A stretch of DNA of 64,000 nucleotides from Bacillota bacterium (GTDB lineage Bacteria; Bacillota; DTU025), in the NCBI GenBank assembly GCA_050951805.1, contig JBMNJT010000002.1:1376001-1440000 (forward strand). The letters run 5' to 3'. Position numbers and translations under genes: made by a program. Shown here one piece after another: positions 19,168 to 29,698 of the stretch. The notes beneath the pieces were generated by a model. The model did no database searches. It saw only the letters and a list, made by a program, of their open reading frames with translations, and was not told where the DNA came from. Within the stretch, counting starts at the first letter, position 1, and every line of letters begins with the position of its first letter.

Positions 19168-21552
19168 TCAGGCCCCTTCGGCTAGGATCTCGTCTACAAC
19201 GTAGCCCAGCAGCGCAAACGCAGGCATCATAGCCACAGTAGCGCACGCCACAACCCCGGAATCATTCACAGCCATGGCCACAAGCGCGCCAGCCAATCCG
19301 CCCATGACTGATACGTACACGATTGGGTAATCATCGCGGAATCGTCGAAACAAGCCAAAAGGCTTGCCTGCGAGCACCGTAAGGGCGATGAGGAAGGCCA
19401 ACAGTACCCGTGTCCATGCTGTATATCGTAGCAGGCGCATATTCATTGCCAGCTTTCGCCATGCAATTACGCCCAGCTGGCCTAGGCCCATGTCAATCGC
19501 TTCTGTCGCACCGTGGGCATCCTCGCGTTCCTGCACCGCTCCAACATCTGCATCAGCTCCATCTGCGCCTGTTTGATCGGTCAGAAGCCGCCACGCTCTG
19601 CCAATGTGGGACGAACGTTTCCCTTTGGCATCAGCCCAGGCCATACCTGCGCAAGCCCCGACCGCCACAACGACTATGGCGACCATCGCTACGACCTTTG
19701 CCCGGCGTGAAAAAGTGCTTCTTGCAAACGCCATCACGCCCATGAAAACCGCTATTGCAGCGGCGGTGACCATTCCTCCGAAGTTGGCGCCTATCGTCGG
19801 ATGCCCGAGCAGCATGGAGATGGCCCCTACGCCGATAGCTGCGCCCGCCGTTGCCTTACCCGACCTGGAGACAACGCGTTCCGCTCCGGTCCACATTTCG
19901 CCCAGTGCGGAAAGGCAAATAGCAGCTGAGCCCGCCAGAACACCCATGAGTTCGTTGCCTATCCCATAGTACCGCGCCCCCACTATTGCGGAATGGCCCA
20001 GAAGGGACGTTGCAGCAAGGGTGCCTCCGGCAAGACCATCTGCGATGATCACTACGGCCGATGCCGCAGCGATCCCAACAGATGCCCACATGCATGATGA
20101 AGTTGTTCTCATGAGCAACAAAGAGATGATGGCCGATCCCAAAGATGCAAACAGGAGAGTTCCAGCGATCCCCTGAATCCTCAGGATCGGGGCAACCAGA
20201 ATGAGCAATGGCTGGGCCGCCACTGACAGTAACAAAAACTTCGCAAAGAACACAAAAACAGCAGGCACCCGAAGTCCGAGGAGAGCAACTGCGAGGACAC
20301 TGAAAACCGCAATTACAACCGTTCCTATAAACACGCTAAGCACCGGAACCCGCGACGAAGCCGCAATCTGCAGCGATTCTGCCATGCGCATCAGTCTCTC
20401 TGCAACATTTTGTTCCTCTCCAGCCCTGATGCCGATCATTGGCGATCCATCATGAGGCCATGCCTCCTGAACACCCAGACCGTCGAGGATTGTGGCGGCC
20501 AGATCCAGATTGGCAACAAGTCCCTCGCGACGAGTTGTGTCGCTTGACAGCATACCCCGGGGATACTGCCAACCTGCGATCGCCACAGGCCCGAGGGACG
20601 ACGGTTCTCCCGGAGAGAACAGTATGTATGCGAGGTCATCAGAGGGCGGTCCCACAGCCTCAAAGAGGGCTCTGAAAATCTCATCGAGTTTTCCGTAGCA
20701 TTTACCAAGCTGCTCGACGCGGGCCTCCGAGGAGAGGTTTGATAGGTAGCGCCCGAGCCGATTCATGTCACCGAAATCCACAGTCACAGCAGCGATATTC
20801 GGCCGAGAAAGGGCATCCGCTGTCGCATGCGCCATGGCCAAAGCGTCGCAGGAAATTCCGAATGGAGCGCTAGGGTCGGTTGCGACGATTTCTGCGCCGA
20901 CCGCGCCGCGAGCAACGCGTCCCTTTGCATCCATGACCAGAAGAACTCCAGGCCGCACCTGAACCCCGGCTACGTCGGAATTCCCGACCACTGCCGCGGC
21001 AAACCCCGCCAAACGGAGGGATTCGCCAATCAGCCCGGGCCTACCCCGATAAGGCGACTGCTTACCCATGGCCTCCAGCTCCGGGTATCCCAGGCAGAGG
21101 ATCTCCCCAGAAAAGCGCTTCGCCTCCGCGCCTGTGCGACGAAGATAGACATCTTCAGCCCTTTCACCGTTGATACGCTCATCTCTGCCCAGCCCATAGC
21201 CAGCCGGCTCGCGGGCGCTCATTCGGCGTCCGGCGCCGAAGGTAGCTGCGGCCGAAAGGAGCCTGTCGCCCCCGTCTGCCGTTCGGCAGTTGGACATCCC
21301 TATGGATGCCGAGTCAAGGAAGGACAGAAGCCAAGGGCCACCATGCTCCAGGGCATCCCTCAATGAGAAGCCATCGGCTATTATAACTATGACACCGCGT
21401 CGACCCGGGAAATCTTCGAACCTCTCCCCGTTCGGCGCCGCTATGGCGGACGCCAAGGCATGGTTTGACACTGCGCACAACAACGCGACAAGGATAACAA
21501 CGCAGGTTCCAGTTTTGGAGACGGAAAAAGGCGCCCAGCGTGGGGGCGCCAC
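19168..21552 (-). CDS. Large multi-TM membrane protein with an extracytoplasmic alkaline-phosphatase-like domain
   Basis: Signal/TM segment, VIVIIADG, TTRREGLVANLDLAATIL, then about 10 TM helices with GARYYGIGNE, GANFGG and NDSG motifs. Confidence 0.7.
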   Translation of the reverse strand: MAPPRWAPFSVSKTGTCVVILVALLCAVSNHALASAIAAPNGERFEDFPGRRGVIVIIADGFSLRDALEHGGPWLLSFLDSASIGMSNCRTADGGDRLLSAAATFGAGRRMSAREPAGYGLGRDERINGERAEDVYLRRTGAEAKRFSGEILCLGYPELEAMGKQSPYRGRPGLIGESLRLAGFAAAVVGNSDVAGVQVRPGVLLVMDAKGRVARGAVGAEIVATDPSAPFGISCDALAMAHATADALSRPNIAAVTVDFGDMNRLGRYLSNLSSEARVEQLGKCYGKLDEIFRALFEAVGPPSDDLAYILFSPGEPSSLGPVAIAGWQYPRGMLSSDTTRREGLVANLDLAATILDGLGVQEAWPHDGSPMIGIRAGEEQNVAERLMRMAESLQIAASSRVPVLSVFIGTVVIAVFSVLAVALLGLRVPAVFVFFAKFLLLSVAAQPLLILVAPILRIQGIAGTLLFASLGSAIISLLLMRTTSSCMWASVGIAAASAVVIIADGLAGGTLAATSLLGHSAIVGARYYGIGNELMGVLAGSAAICLSALGEMWTGAERVVSRSGKATAGAAIGVGAISMLLGHPTIGANFGGMVTAAAIAVFMGVMAFARSTFSRRAKVVAMVAIVVVAVGACAGMAWADAKGKRSSHIGRAWRLLTDQTGADGADADVGAVQEREDAHGATEAIDMGLGQLGVIAWRKLAMNMRLLRYTAWTRVLLAFLIALTVLAGKPFGLFRRFRDDYPIVYVSVMGGLAGALVAMAVNDSGVVACATVAMMPAFALLGYVVDEILAEGA

Positions 21553-21556
21553 TCGA

Positions 21557-21820
21557 TCATTCTTTCCTGAGATAACTCCGAACCAGCTCCTCTATAATCT
21601 CATCACGCTCCACCTTGCGAATGGTGTTGCGCGCGTTTCTGTGACTCGTAATATATGTCGGATCGCCCGAAAGGAGGTAACCCACGAGCTGGTTCACGGG
21701 GTTGTACCCCTTTTCCTCAAGGGCAATCGTCACTTCGGTAAGGGCTTTCTTTACCGGAGTGACTTCCTGTTCCGCCTCGACAGCAGGGTACTTCACTGTT
21801 TCATCCCATTTACCACTCAT
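21557..21820 (-). CDS. ireB: IreB/ReoM family regulatory phosphoprotein (DUF965)
   Basis: [44 protein letters not shown]; downstream of alaS. Confidence 0.95.
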   Translation of the reverse strand: MSGKWDETVKYPAVEAEQEVTPVKKALTEVTIALEEKGYNPVNQLVGYLLSGDPTYITSHRNARNTIRKVERDEIIEELVRSYLRKE

Positions 21821-21857
21821 AAACCACACCACCCCGGGCAGATTTAGTCTTTCCTCA

Positions 21858-24497
21858 TCAGGACGCAGAATGCGCCCGAACCACATCGACGCCGGCTTCG
21901 ATCGCCGCCTCAAGCTTAGAGACATCTCTTCCTCCAGCTTGGGCCATATCGGGCCTGCCACCTCCGCCTCCACCAGCTACTTTGGCCGCTTCGCGAACTA
22001 TCGAGCCCGCGTTAAAGCCTTGTTTCACAAGATCGCGGCTGACCGTCGCAACGAAAAGAACCTTTTCTTCCGCCTTAGATCCCAACAGTACAATGCCGGA
22101 ACCTAGCTTGTCTCGCACAGCGTCTGCCAGATTGCGCAAAGCTTCCGGATCGGCCAGTTCGACAGGGGCAGCTACAACAGGAATGTCATCGACCATGATT
22201 CTGCCGGCAACCAACGAATCCACGCCGCCAACGGCCAGGCGCTCACGGAGGCGCGCGATCTCCCGCTCCTTCTCCTTCAACTCGCCCAAGAGCTTCTCCA
22301 CGCGCTCGACCATCATATCCTCAGGAACCTTAAGAATCTCAGCCAAGCTCTGAAACTCTCTATCCATATCGTTGAAACGCTGGAGGAACGCGTAACCGGT
22401 TATCGCTTCTATTCTGCGAACTCCTGCCGCAATACCGCTTTCTGACACGATTTTGACGAGGCCGATCTCTCCTGTTCGGGACACATGCGTCCCGCCGCAC
22501 AATTCCAGACTGATATCGCCGATACCCACCATCCGGACTTCATCGCCATATTTCTCATCAAAGAGTGCTATTGCACCAAGCCTATGGGCCTCGTCGATAG
22601 TAGTCATCCTCACGTCAACAGGAATGTCCGCCATGACCCATCGATTTGCCAAAAGCTCGACTTGGGCAAGCTCGTCTACGGTGAGTGCCTCAAAATGCGA
22701 AAAGTCAAACCTGAGTCGCTCGCCGTCCACGTATGAACCGGCCTGCTGCACGTGTTCTCCCAGGACTTGTCTGAGCGCAGCCTGGATAAGATGTGTGGCC
22801 GTGTGGTTTCGCATGGTGGCGGCTCTGCGATCTTCATCAACATACGCAATGACTCTATCGCCTACCTTCAGCGTGCCCCTTATCATATGAACCTGGTGGG
22901 TAATGACGCTTTCGAACGGTCGGCTGACGCTGCACACCTCCGCCACTGCACCCCTTGACGAGACTATCAATCCCGTATCAGCCTGCTGTCCACCACCGGT
23001 CGGGTAGAACGGGGTCTTGTTCATCACTGTCTCGCCATCTTGGTCCTCGGAGAGCTCCGCAAGGCTGTTCCCATCTTTTCCGATTATGGCAATGATATTG
23101 GCCGTGTCCGCAAACTCATGGTACCCCACAAATTCCGTTGTCAAATCTCCGATTGCGTCATGATACTTCGCGCTCTTCTCATCAAGGTAGGCATTCTCGC
23201 CCCGAGCGGCACGCGCCCGCTCTCTCTGAGCCTCCATTGCCTCATCGAAGTGGGCCTTGTCAACTTGGAGGCCGCGCTCTGATGCTATCTCCTCGGTCAG
23301 TTCGAACGGAAAACCGTACGTGTCATAAAGTTTGAAAGCATCCTCACCGGGGAGCATTCTACCCCCGTCCCGTTCGACCTCAGCAATAATCGATTCCAAA
23401 ACTACAGACCCTTGTTCAAGCGCTGCAGCAAACCTTTCTTCCTCGAGAGCTATGGCCTTCAGTATGCGATCGCGATCGCGTGCAAGCTCCGGATATGGGG
23501 CGGCCATTACATCTATGACCGTATCAGCAACTTGTGGAAGGAAGGATCCATCGATTCCAACAAGTCTTCCATATCTGGCAGCCCGTCTGAGAAGGCGGCG
23601 CAGAACATATCCACGTCCCTCGTTTGTCGGGAAAATCCCATCCGCTACCATGAAAGCGGCGGCACGAACGTGGTCAGTAATCACCCTGATCGCCACGTCA
23701 CTCTGGTGGTCGGCACCATATTCTACACAGGCCAGCTGAGCCGCTCGATCTCGCACCGCGCGAGTCTCATCGGTGTCGAAAATCGTCTCAGCCCCCTGAA
23801 GCACGGCCGCGACCCTTTCAAGTCCCATTCCAGTGTCGATTCCCGGCCGCTCAAGTGGAGTATAGTTTCCATCTTCGTCTTTATGGTATTGGATGAAGAC
23901 GAGGTTCCACAGTTCAATGAATCTGCCACAGTCGCAGTCAAGACCGCATTCAGGAGATCCGCACCCCACATCGGCGCCACGGTCAATGTGTATTTCGGAA
24001 CATGGGCCACATGGCCCAACCCCTATCTCCCAGAAGTTATCCTTCTTGCCTTTCCTGATAATGCGATCTGCAGAAACACCTACCACATCGCGCCAGATAT
24101 TAAAGGCTTCGTCATCATCGAGGTATATGGTTACCCAAAGGTTTTCAGGGGCTAAACCCAAGACATCAGTGACGAACTCCCACGCCCACGGTATTGCCTC
24201 GGCTTTGAAGTAGTCACCAAATGAGAAGTTGCCCAGCATCTCAAAGAAAGTGCCGTGACGGGTAGTCTTCCCCACATTGTCTATGTCGCCGGTTCGCACA
24301 CACTTCTGGCACGTTGTGACCCGTGTGTGCTCGGGCACTGCAGTGCCCAGAAAATACGGCTTAAACGGCACCATCCCCGCGGCTGTTAGGAGCAGGGTCG
24401 GATCGCCCGCCGGAACGAGCGGCGCTGACGGCAGAATTTTGTGCCCTTTTGATTCAAAAAACCTGAGATACGCTTGCCTTAGTTCATCGGTTTTCAC
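21858..24497 (-). CDS. alaS: Alanine-tRNA ligase
   Basis: [56 protein letters not shown]. Confidence 0.98.
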   Translation of the reverse strand: MKTDELRQAYLRFFESKGHKILPSAPLVPAGDPTLLLTAAGMVPFKPYFLGTAVPEHTRVTTCQKCVRTGDIDNVGKTTRHGTFFEMLGNFSFGDYFKAEAIPWAWEFVTDVLGLAPENLWVTIYLDDDEAFNIWRDVVGVSADRIIRKGKKDNFWEIGVGPCGPCSEIHIDRGADVGCGSPECGLDCDCGRFIELWNLVFIQYHKDEDGNYTPLERPGIDTGMGLERVAAVLQGAETIFDTDETRAVRDRAAQLACVEYGADHQSDVAIRVITDHVRAAAFMVADGIFPTNEGRGYVLRRLLRRAARYGRLVGIDGSFLPQVADTVIDVMAAPYPELARDRDRILKAIALEEERFAAALEQGSVVLESIIAEVERDGGRMLPGEDAFKLYDTYGFPFELTEEIASERGLQVDKAHFDEAMEAQRERARAARGENAYLDEKSAKYHDAIGDLTTEFVGYHEFADTANIIAIIGKDGNSLAELSEDQDGETVMNKTPFYPTGGGQQADTGLIVSSRGAVAEVCSVSRPFESVITHQVHMIRGTLKVGDRVIAYVDEDRRAATMRNHTATHLIQAALRQVLGEHVQQAGSYVDGERLRFDFSHFEALTVDELAQVELLANRWVMADIPVDVRMTTIDEAHRLGAIALFDEKYGDEVRMVGIGDISLELCGGTHVSRTGEIGLVKIVSESGIAAGVRRIEAITGYAFLQRFNDMDREFQSLAEILKVPEDMMVERVEKLLGELKEKEREIARLRERLAVGGVDSLVAGRIMVDDIPVVAAPVELADPEALRNLADAVRDKLGSGIVLLGSKAEEKVLFVATVSRDLVKQGFNAGSIVREAAKVAGGGGGGRPDMAQAGGRDVSKLEAAIEAGVDVVRAHSAS

Positions 24498-24903
24498 ATA
24501 TTACACCCCATCTAGAAAGCCCCTGCCGCATAGCCGGGATGCTTCTGCAAACTCTCGTAAGTCTACTCAAGTACATTATCATAACGCCGCTGCTCGCACA
24601 ATACGGCATACGGCTCCACTCCCATCCTCCGCGTGCACAGGCTTCGCGCTATGAATAACTGAAATGGCCACTGTGCCATGGCAGATTTCAGGCTTCCTCA
24701 TGCGTTAGGCATACGGAATCCAATCTCCACAAGACGAAGCTGGATTTCCACTTCAAAGCGCCAAAAACGATTCATAAACCACTCCGGTACGAAGAAGACC
24801 ACTTTACCCGCAAAACGCCAGGCCCACCATGTCAACGGCTGCCCAAAAGGCTAACAATTCAAGCCGAAACGAGGTGGGCCCCTTTCTCGGGAAAGGCGCG
24901 CTG

Positions 24904-25314
24904 CTACAGAATCTCCCAGTCGATCTCAATGTCTACCGCTTTCTCCAACATCACATCGACTTGACAGTATTTCAACCTGGCGAGGTTAACCGCCCATTCT
25001 ATGTCCCCATCGGTGACACCGCTCTCCTCAAACCTGAGCGAAGCATGGATTTTGGTGAACACAGTCGGTGGCTGGGGTTCCCGTTCAGCCTCGATTGTCA
25101 TGGACATCTTCCCCACATCAAGCCTCTTCTTCTCGAGCAAGGATTTTACGGTCATAGAGAGACAACCACCGAGAGAAAACAAGACCATTTCCATGGGAGT
25201 AGCGGCAGCGGCTCTCTTCCCTTCCTTATTCGAATCCATGACAACCCAGTGATTCGTGTCAGACTTGGCAAGCATAGTAAGGTCCGCAACATTGATTATC
25301 TCTGCTTTCATCAT
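24904..25314 (-). CDS. OsmC family protein
   Basis: TPMEMVLFSLGGC and KYCQV (two conserved Cys); RBS GGGAGG. Confidence 0.88.
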   Translation of the reverse strand: MMKAEIINVADLTMLAKSDTNHWVVMDSNKEGKRAAAATPMEMVLFSLGGCLSMTVKSLLEKKRLDVGKMSMTIEAEREPQPPTVFTKIHASLRFEESGVTDGDIEWAVNLARLKYCQVDVMLEKAVDIEIDWEIL

Positions 25315-25454
25315 CTGTTCCTCCCTGCGCATCATGCAACTGAATCATCGCAATCGTCAGGCATTCAGTCCAAGCCCTCTATTCTACCTGTTGCCCCTCG
25401 TATCCTTCGCGCCCTGACCGGGTTAAGGCCCAAATCCTTGCGAGACGGGCAAGC

Positions 25455-26648
25455 TCAATCTGTTGTCAACAGGAGCCTTTCTCCCAGTATGAATATGACA
25501 GCAGCTACTGGCACTGCAAAAAGTATCCCCATTACGCCAAAAAGGGCACCTCCCACGAGCAGCGCACCTATAACGGCCAGGGGATGCAAACCTACACAAT
25601 CGCCCACAATCCTAGGGGAGACTATCGCCGACTCCACCTGTTGGATTAATGTGAATGCTACTGTCACTATGATCGCTGTGAGGGTAGATTTCTGAACAGC
25701 CATGAGAACAGCCGGTACCATGCCAAGGAGCGGGCCGAAGTAAGGTATTATCTCAAGAATCCCAACCAGAACCCCTATGGGCAGCGCATATTCGACGCCA
25801 AGCAAGGCCAGTGAACCCCCTGTGGCCACGCCCACAAAGGTGCAGACGATTACCTGCCCCCTTACCCAACCGGCCAATGCTTCATCTATCCCGGAGATGG
25901 CACCCATTATCCTGTCGCGTGAATCTTGGGGAAGCCAAGATGCGAAACGTTCTTTAATGTCATCCACGTCCCGAGTGAGATAGAAAGCGATCACAGGAGC
26001 AACTATGATGCTTCCCAGCTGCGAAATGAGGATGGATACACTGCGCCTTGCAGCCAAGGCAAACTCCCGAATATATGACTCGACCCCGGCCACAGCGGCT
26101 TCCGCTATGCGTGAAGTGGTTCGCTCAGGCAGGAATGTGACCTTCTGTCCCCATTCATGAACCAACGTCTCCAAGCCTTTGCCGGTTCGCCATTCTCCCT
26201 TCGAACCTTCCTTATAATCCGGAGTTGGTTCCTGTAAGCTCGTGTCTGATCCACCGGAGTCCATTCCGAAACCGCTCGCGTCCGAAAAAACCCTCACAAT
26301 CTCGTCCAGTTGCGCCGCCAGAGGCGGAATAACGAATATCAGCGAGTAACCTATTACAGCAGTCACCACCAAATAAGCCGTGAAGATAGCTGCAGATCTT
26401 TGGGCTCCCCGCGCCTCAATAATCATCACAAGCGGTCTTATGAGATAAGATATGGCAATTGCGATCAGAAACGGCACGAAGGCGCGTCGCGCCTTATAGG
26501 CAACGAACAAGGTCGCCACTACCGCAGTCATAATTGCTATGGCGCGCACTATCGCCGCGCCCCAGCGCGATGCCACATCCACATCCCTCACAGTCCACGA
26601 GGAGAAACTGATTATATGCAGGTGCGCATCGACTCTACGCCGCACCAA
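25455..26648 (-). CDS. AI-2E family transporter (YrrI-like)
   Basis: PFLIAIAISYLIRP, IPYFGP, QQVESAIVSPRIVGDCVGLHP, GILFAVP; start uncertain. Confidence 0.9.
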   Translation of the reverse strand: MVRRRVDAHLHIISFSSWTVRDVDVASRWGAAIVRAIAIMTAVVATLFVAYKARRAFVPFLIAIAISYLIRPLVMIIEARGAQRSAAIFTAYLVVTAVIGYSLIFVIPPLAAQLDEIVRVFSDASGFGMDSGGSDTSLQEPTPDYKEGSKGEWRTGKGLETLVHEWGQKVTFLPERTTSRIAEAAVAGVESYIREFALAARRSVSILISQLGSIIVAPVIAFYLTRDVDDIKERFASWLPQDSRDRIMGAISGIDEALAGWVRGQVIVCTFVGVATGGSLALLGVEYALPIGVLVGILEIIPYFGPLLGMVPAVLMAVQKSTLTAIIVTVAFTLIQQVESAIVSPRIVGDCVGLHPLAVIGALLVGGALFGVMGILFAVPVAAVIFILGERLLLTTD

Positions 26649-26722
26649 GAACCCCTACAGACGGCAAATAGACCGGCCACGGCAGGCAACGCCCGTGACC
26701 GGTCCTCCCTGACCATCGCTGG

Positions 26723-26962
26723 CTAGCTCTCACAGTCACCTGTGACGCGCCGCCCTACAGACTGCATCGCCTCCACTACTGGCTCGGCCATAGTCCGAAC
26801 TTGTCTGGAGACTCTAGTACGCCTCATCCCCAACGGAGTTTCACTCGCAACTTCCTCGCGCAATGTCTCCCTGCCAGACCGAGATGAGTTCAGTGCCATC
26901 AAAACCCCAACACCCGCCCCAATAAGGCTGCCTGTGAGGAAGATCTTCCAGGACCTTCGAAT
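26723..26962 (-). CDS. Small YtxH-like membrane-anchored protein
   Basis: FLTGSLIGAGVGVLM glycine-rich TM; strong RBS AAGGGAGG ahead of an ATT codon. Confidence 0.6.
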   Translation of the reverse strand: MRRSWKIFLTGSLIGAGVGVLMALNSSRSGRETLREEVASETPLGMRRTRVSRQVRTMAEPVVEAMQSVGRRVTGDCES

Positions 26963-27099
26963 CTTCGGTCCCTCCCTTCTGCACCACGTATTATTCCCTC
27001 CGAAGGAGGAGAGTACCCGCGGCGCAGCCAGATTCGCCGGCTCGGGACCGACCATGTCCAGGCAATTGCATACCACACGTCACTTTATCGAAAATGCCA

Positions 27100-27543
27100 T
27101 TATTCCTGCCCTTCGACCTCGTCATGGTCATGTTCGTCAATTCGTATGGATGCAGAATCGATCCCTAAGTCAAGATCTTTATGTTTCTCAAGGTAGTCCT
27201 TGATAGCCGCATGCACCGCGCTTGCCGCGAGGTTGGAACAATGCATCTTCTGCGGAGGCAATCCATCGAGAGCCTCGGCCACAGCCCGGTTGGAAACCTC
27301 AAGGGCCTCAGCTAAGGTCTTACCCTTGACCATCTCCGTAGCCATGCTAGACGTGGCAATGGCCGCCCCGCATCCAAAGGTCTTGAACTTTATATCAGTT
27401 ATGATTCCGTCATCTACCTTGATCTCGATCCTCATAATGTCCCCGCAAACCGGATTTCCTACCTGTCCAACTCCATCGGGGTTGGGTATCTCGCCCACGT
27501 TCCGCGGATTGCTGAAATGATCCATCACCTTGTCGCTGTACAC
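27100..27543 (-). CDS. iscU: Fe-S scaffold IscU/NifU
   Basis: YSDKVMDHFSNPRN, NPVCGD, FGCGAAIA, LPPQKMHCS. Confidence 0.96.
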   Translation of the reverse strand: MYSDKVMDHFSNPRNVGEIPNPDGVGQVGNPVCGDIMRIEIKVDDGIITDIKFKTFGCGAAIATSSMATEMVKGKTLAEALEVSNRAVAEALDGLPPQKMHCSNLAASAVHAAIKDYLEKHKDLDLGIDSASIRIDEHDHDEVEGQE

Positions 27544-27596
27544 TTAGTGCACCTCCCCAAAGCTGCGGGGACAGCCCCGCCGAACTCAAACCATAT

Positions 27597-28820
27597 CTAG
27601 CGTTTTTCCGCCACATCGCAACCATGGGCGTTAGCACAGAATTCCTTGATCCCACACTCCGTCTTCACATAAATAGGCGACATTGCGCGAAGCTTCTCCA
27701 CGATGCGAGGCATCACATCGAGCACCCTTTCGACGTCGGCATCCTCGGTGTAGCGCCCAAGGGTCATCCTGACTGAACCATGGGCAACTTCGTGAGGTAT
27801 CCCCATGGCCATCAAAACGTGCGATGGAGCAAGAGAACCCGACGTGCACGCCGATCCACTTGATGCGGCAATACCCTCCATGTCGAGGTTGAGTAAGAGC
27901 GATTCGCCTTCTACGTAAAGAAAGCTCATGTTCACGTTGTTAGGTAGCCTCAATCTGCGATGGCCATTGAGTTTCACATCGGGAATGCGCTGCGTGAGAC
28001 CTTCCATAAGCTTGTCGCGGAGCCTCTCCTCCTTGGCCGACACCTCATCCATTTCGCCGACGGCAAGCTCGATAGCCATGCCGATCCCGACGATTCCAGC
28101 CATGTTTTCAGTCCCCGCACGGCGCTTGCGTTCCTGTGCTCCTCCGTCGATTAGAGGCGCCAACCTCACGCCCCTCCTTGCGTAGAGAGCGCCCACTCCC
28201 TTGGGCCCGTAGAATTTGTGTCCGGAAAGGGAAAGCATATCCACGCCGAGGGACTTTACGTCCACCGGCATGTGGCCGACAGCTTGGACCGCATCAGTGT
28301 GGAACAAGACCCCGGCCTCCCGCGCAATCCGCGAGATCTCCTCTATGGGCTGGATCGTGCCCACCTCGTTGTTGGCATACATTATGCTGATAAGGCAGGT
28401 TTCAGGGGTTATCGCGCGCTTCACGTCTTCAGGGTCGACCATGCCCTCGGAGTCAACCGGAAGTATGGTCACTGAAAAACCCAGTCTCTTGAGGCTTTCG
28501 ACAGAATGCAGCACTGCATGATGCTCCACAGCCGAGGTTATAATGTGGGACTTCTCGCCGTACATGGCGAGAGCCGTGCCCTTTATGGCGAGGTTATCAG
28601 CCTCAGATCCGCCAGCCGTGAAGATGATTTCCTCCGGAGCGGCGCCGATCGCTGCCGCCACCTGCTCCCTGGCACGGTTCAGATCAGCCCTGGCCTCGCG
28701 CCCGTATGAATGTATACTCGAAGGGTTTCCATACTTGTCGGTAAGGTAGGGGACCATGGCCTCGAAAACCTCGCGCCTTACCGGGGTCGTGGCGGCATTG
28801 TCAAGGTAAATCCTATTCAT
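27597..28820 (-). CDS. iscS: Cysteine desulfurase IscS/NifS
   Basis: YLDNAATT, HTDAVQ, SGHKFYGPKG, SSGSACTS. Confidence 0.96.
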   Translation of the reverse strand: MNRIYLDNAATTPVRREVFEAMVPYLTDKYGNPSSIHSYGREARADLNRAREQVAAAIGAAPEEIIFTAGGSEADNLAIKGTALAMYGEKSHIITSAVEHHAVLHSVESLKRLGFSVTILPVDSEGMVDPEDVKRAITPETCLISIMYANNEVGTIQPIEEISRIAREAGVLFHTDAVQAVGHMPVDVKSLGVDMLSLSGHKFYGPKGVGALYARRGVRLAPLIDGGAQERKRRAGTENMAGIVGIGMAIELAVGEMDEVSAKEERLRDKLMEGLTQRIPDVKLNGHRRLRLPNNVNMSFLYVEGESLLLNLDMEGIAASSGSACTSGSLAPSHVLMAMGIPHEVAHGSVRMTLGRYTEDADVERVLDVMPRIVEKLRAMSPIYVKTECGIKEFCANAHGCDVAEKR

Positions 28821-29283
28821 CAGGCCTTTCCTCCTCTTTGTTGCCCCCAATATCTTTCGCCGAATCCCTCAGGTCTCCGGCGATCATGTCCTGCAGCGTA
28901 GTTGAATCCAGAATCGACGTTATTCCATCCTGAAGCCTCACCCATAGCGGATGCGCTGCGCATTCTCCCATCCTGTCGCAAATAGCCTCGCCATCTTCGT
29001 CCGCGAGGCAATCGCACAGAGCTATGGGACCCTCGAGAGCTCGGACTATATCGCCTACTGTTATGTGCTTCGGTGCCTTTGCCAGAGTGTATCCGCCTTG
29101 GGCTCCTCGTTGACTGTAGATCAAGCCTTCTTTGCGAAGAGCCGCAAAAAGCTGTTCAAGATATTTCTCTGATATGCCCTGTTTCTCGGCTACCTCTCTC
29201 AGCGCCACGGGACCGCTCCCGTGGACCTCGGCAAGTTCCACCATGGCCCGAACTCCGTATTCAGTGCGCGAACTAAGCTTCAT
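28813..29283 (-). CDS. iscR: Rrf2 family regulator, Fe-S-binding IscR-like
   Basis: MKLSSRTEYG, YLEQL, SQRGAQGGY; CxC-x9-C-x5-C-x2-H ligand region; first gene of the iscS-iscU operon. Confidence 0.85.
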   Translation of the reverse strand: MKLSSRTEYGVRAMVELAEVHGSGPVALREVAEKQGISEKYLEQLFAALRKEGLIYSQRGAQGGYTLAKAPKHITVGDIVRALEGPIALCDCLADEDGEAICDRMGECAAHPLWVRLQDGITSILDSTTLQDMIAGDLRDSAKDIGGNKEEERPDE

Positions 29284-29634
29284 CGAATGTCACGCTACGG
29301 AGGCCCCCGCTCTCGGGTGCGGGGGGAAGTAGCGTTTTCCCCTCCTTTCGCACAGGATTGGCCGATGCCGAGATCCATGTGCCATCCAACTTGTTGCGCA
29401 GGTCAAAACAGCCTGTGTTACGTCTTCCGAAAACAAAGCCCTCCTCATACTCAGCCTTATCAAATGAAGGCGCCTATATGTTTAGTCAATCAATCCAAGT
29501 CAATCCCCGCTTTTGGGCTTGGGGTGGTCGACCGTATCACCTCCCGTCACCGCCTGACATAGCCTGCAGATTCGACCGCCACCGAATCTTGCGTGCTGTT
29601 CACATGTGAACACTGCTTCTGCCTGGTTCGGCGT

Positions 29635-29659
29635 AATCCCTACTGAATCAGTAGGGATT
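29635..29659. promoter_or_regulatory. 25-bp palindromic operator, IscR type-1-like
   Basis: AATCCCTACTGA-A-TCAGTAGGGATT; 19 of 25 positions fit ATASYYGACTRwwwYAGTCRRSTAT; lies just downstream of the -10. Confidence 0.75.
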
Positions 29660-29669
29660 TGCTACTGAC

Positions 29670-29698
29670 AGTATACGCCCGCATAGTATATGTGTCAA
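29670..29698 (-). promoter_or_regulatory. sigmaA promoter of iscR-iscS-iscU
   Basis: TTGACA-N17-TATACT on the minus strand. Confidence 0.8.

Noticed and set aside
24498-24903. T-box riboswitch upstream of alaS
   Set aside because: The gap is 400 bp but I found no GGTGGnACC T-box motif or terminator/antiterminator pair; an Rfam scan would settle it.
29290-29448. Selenocysteine read-through extending IscR N-terminally
   Set aside because: An in-frame TGA exists, but the upstream peptide looks non-coding, MKLS is the normal Rrf2 start, and I could identify no SECIS.
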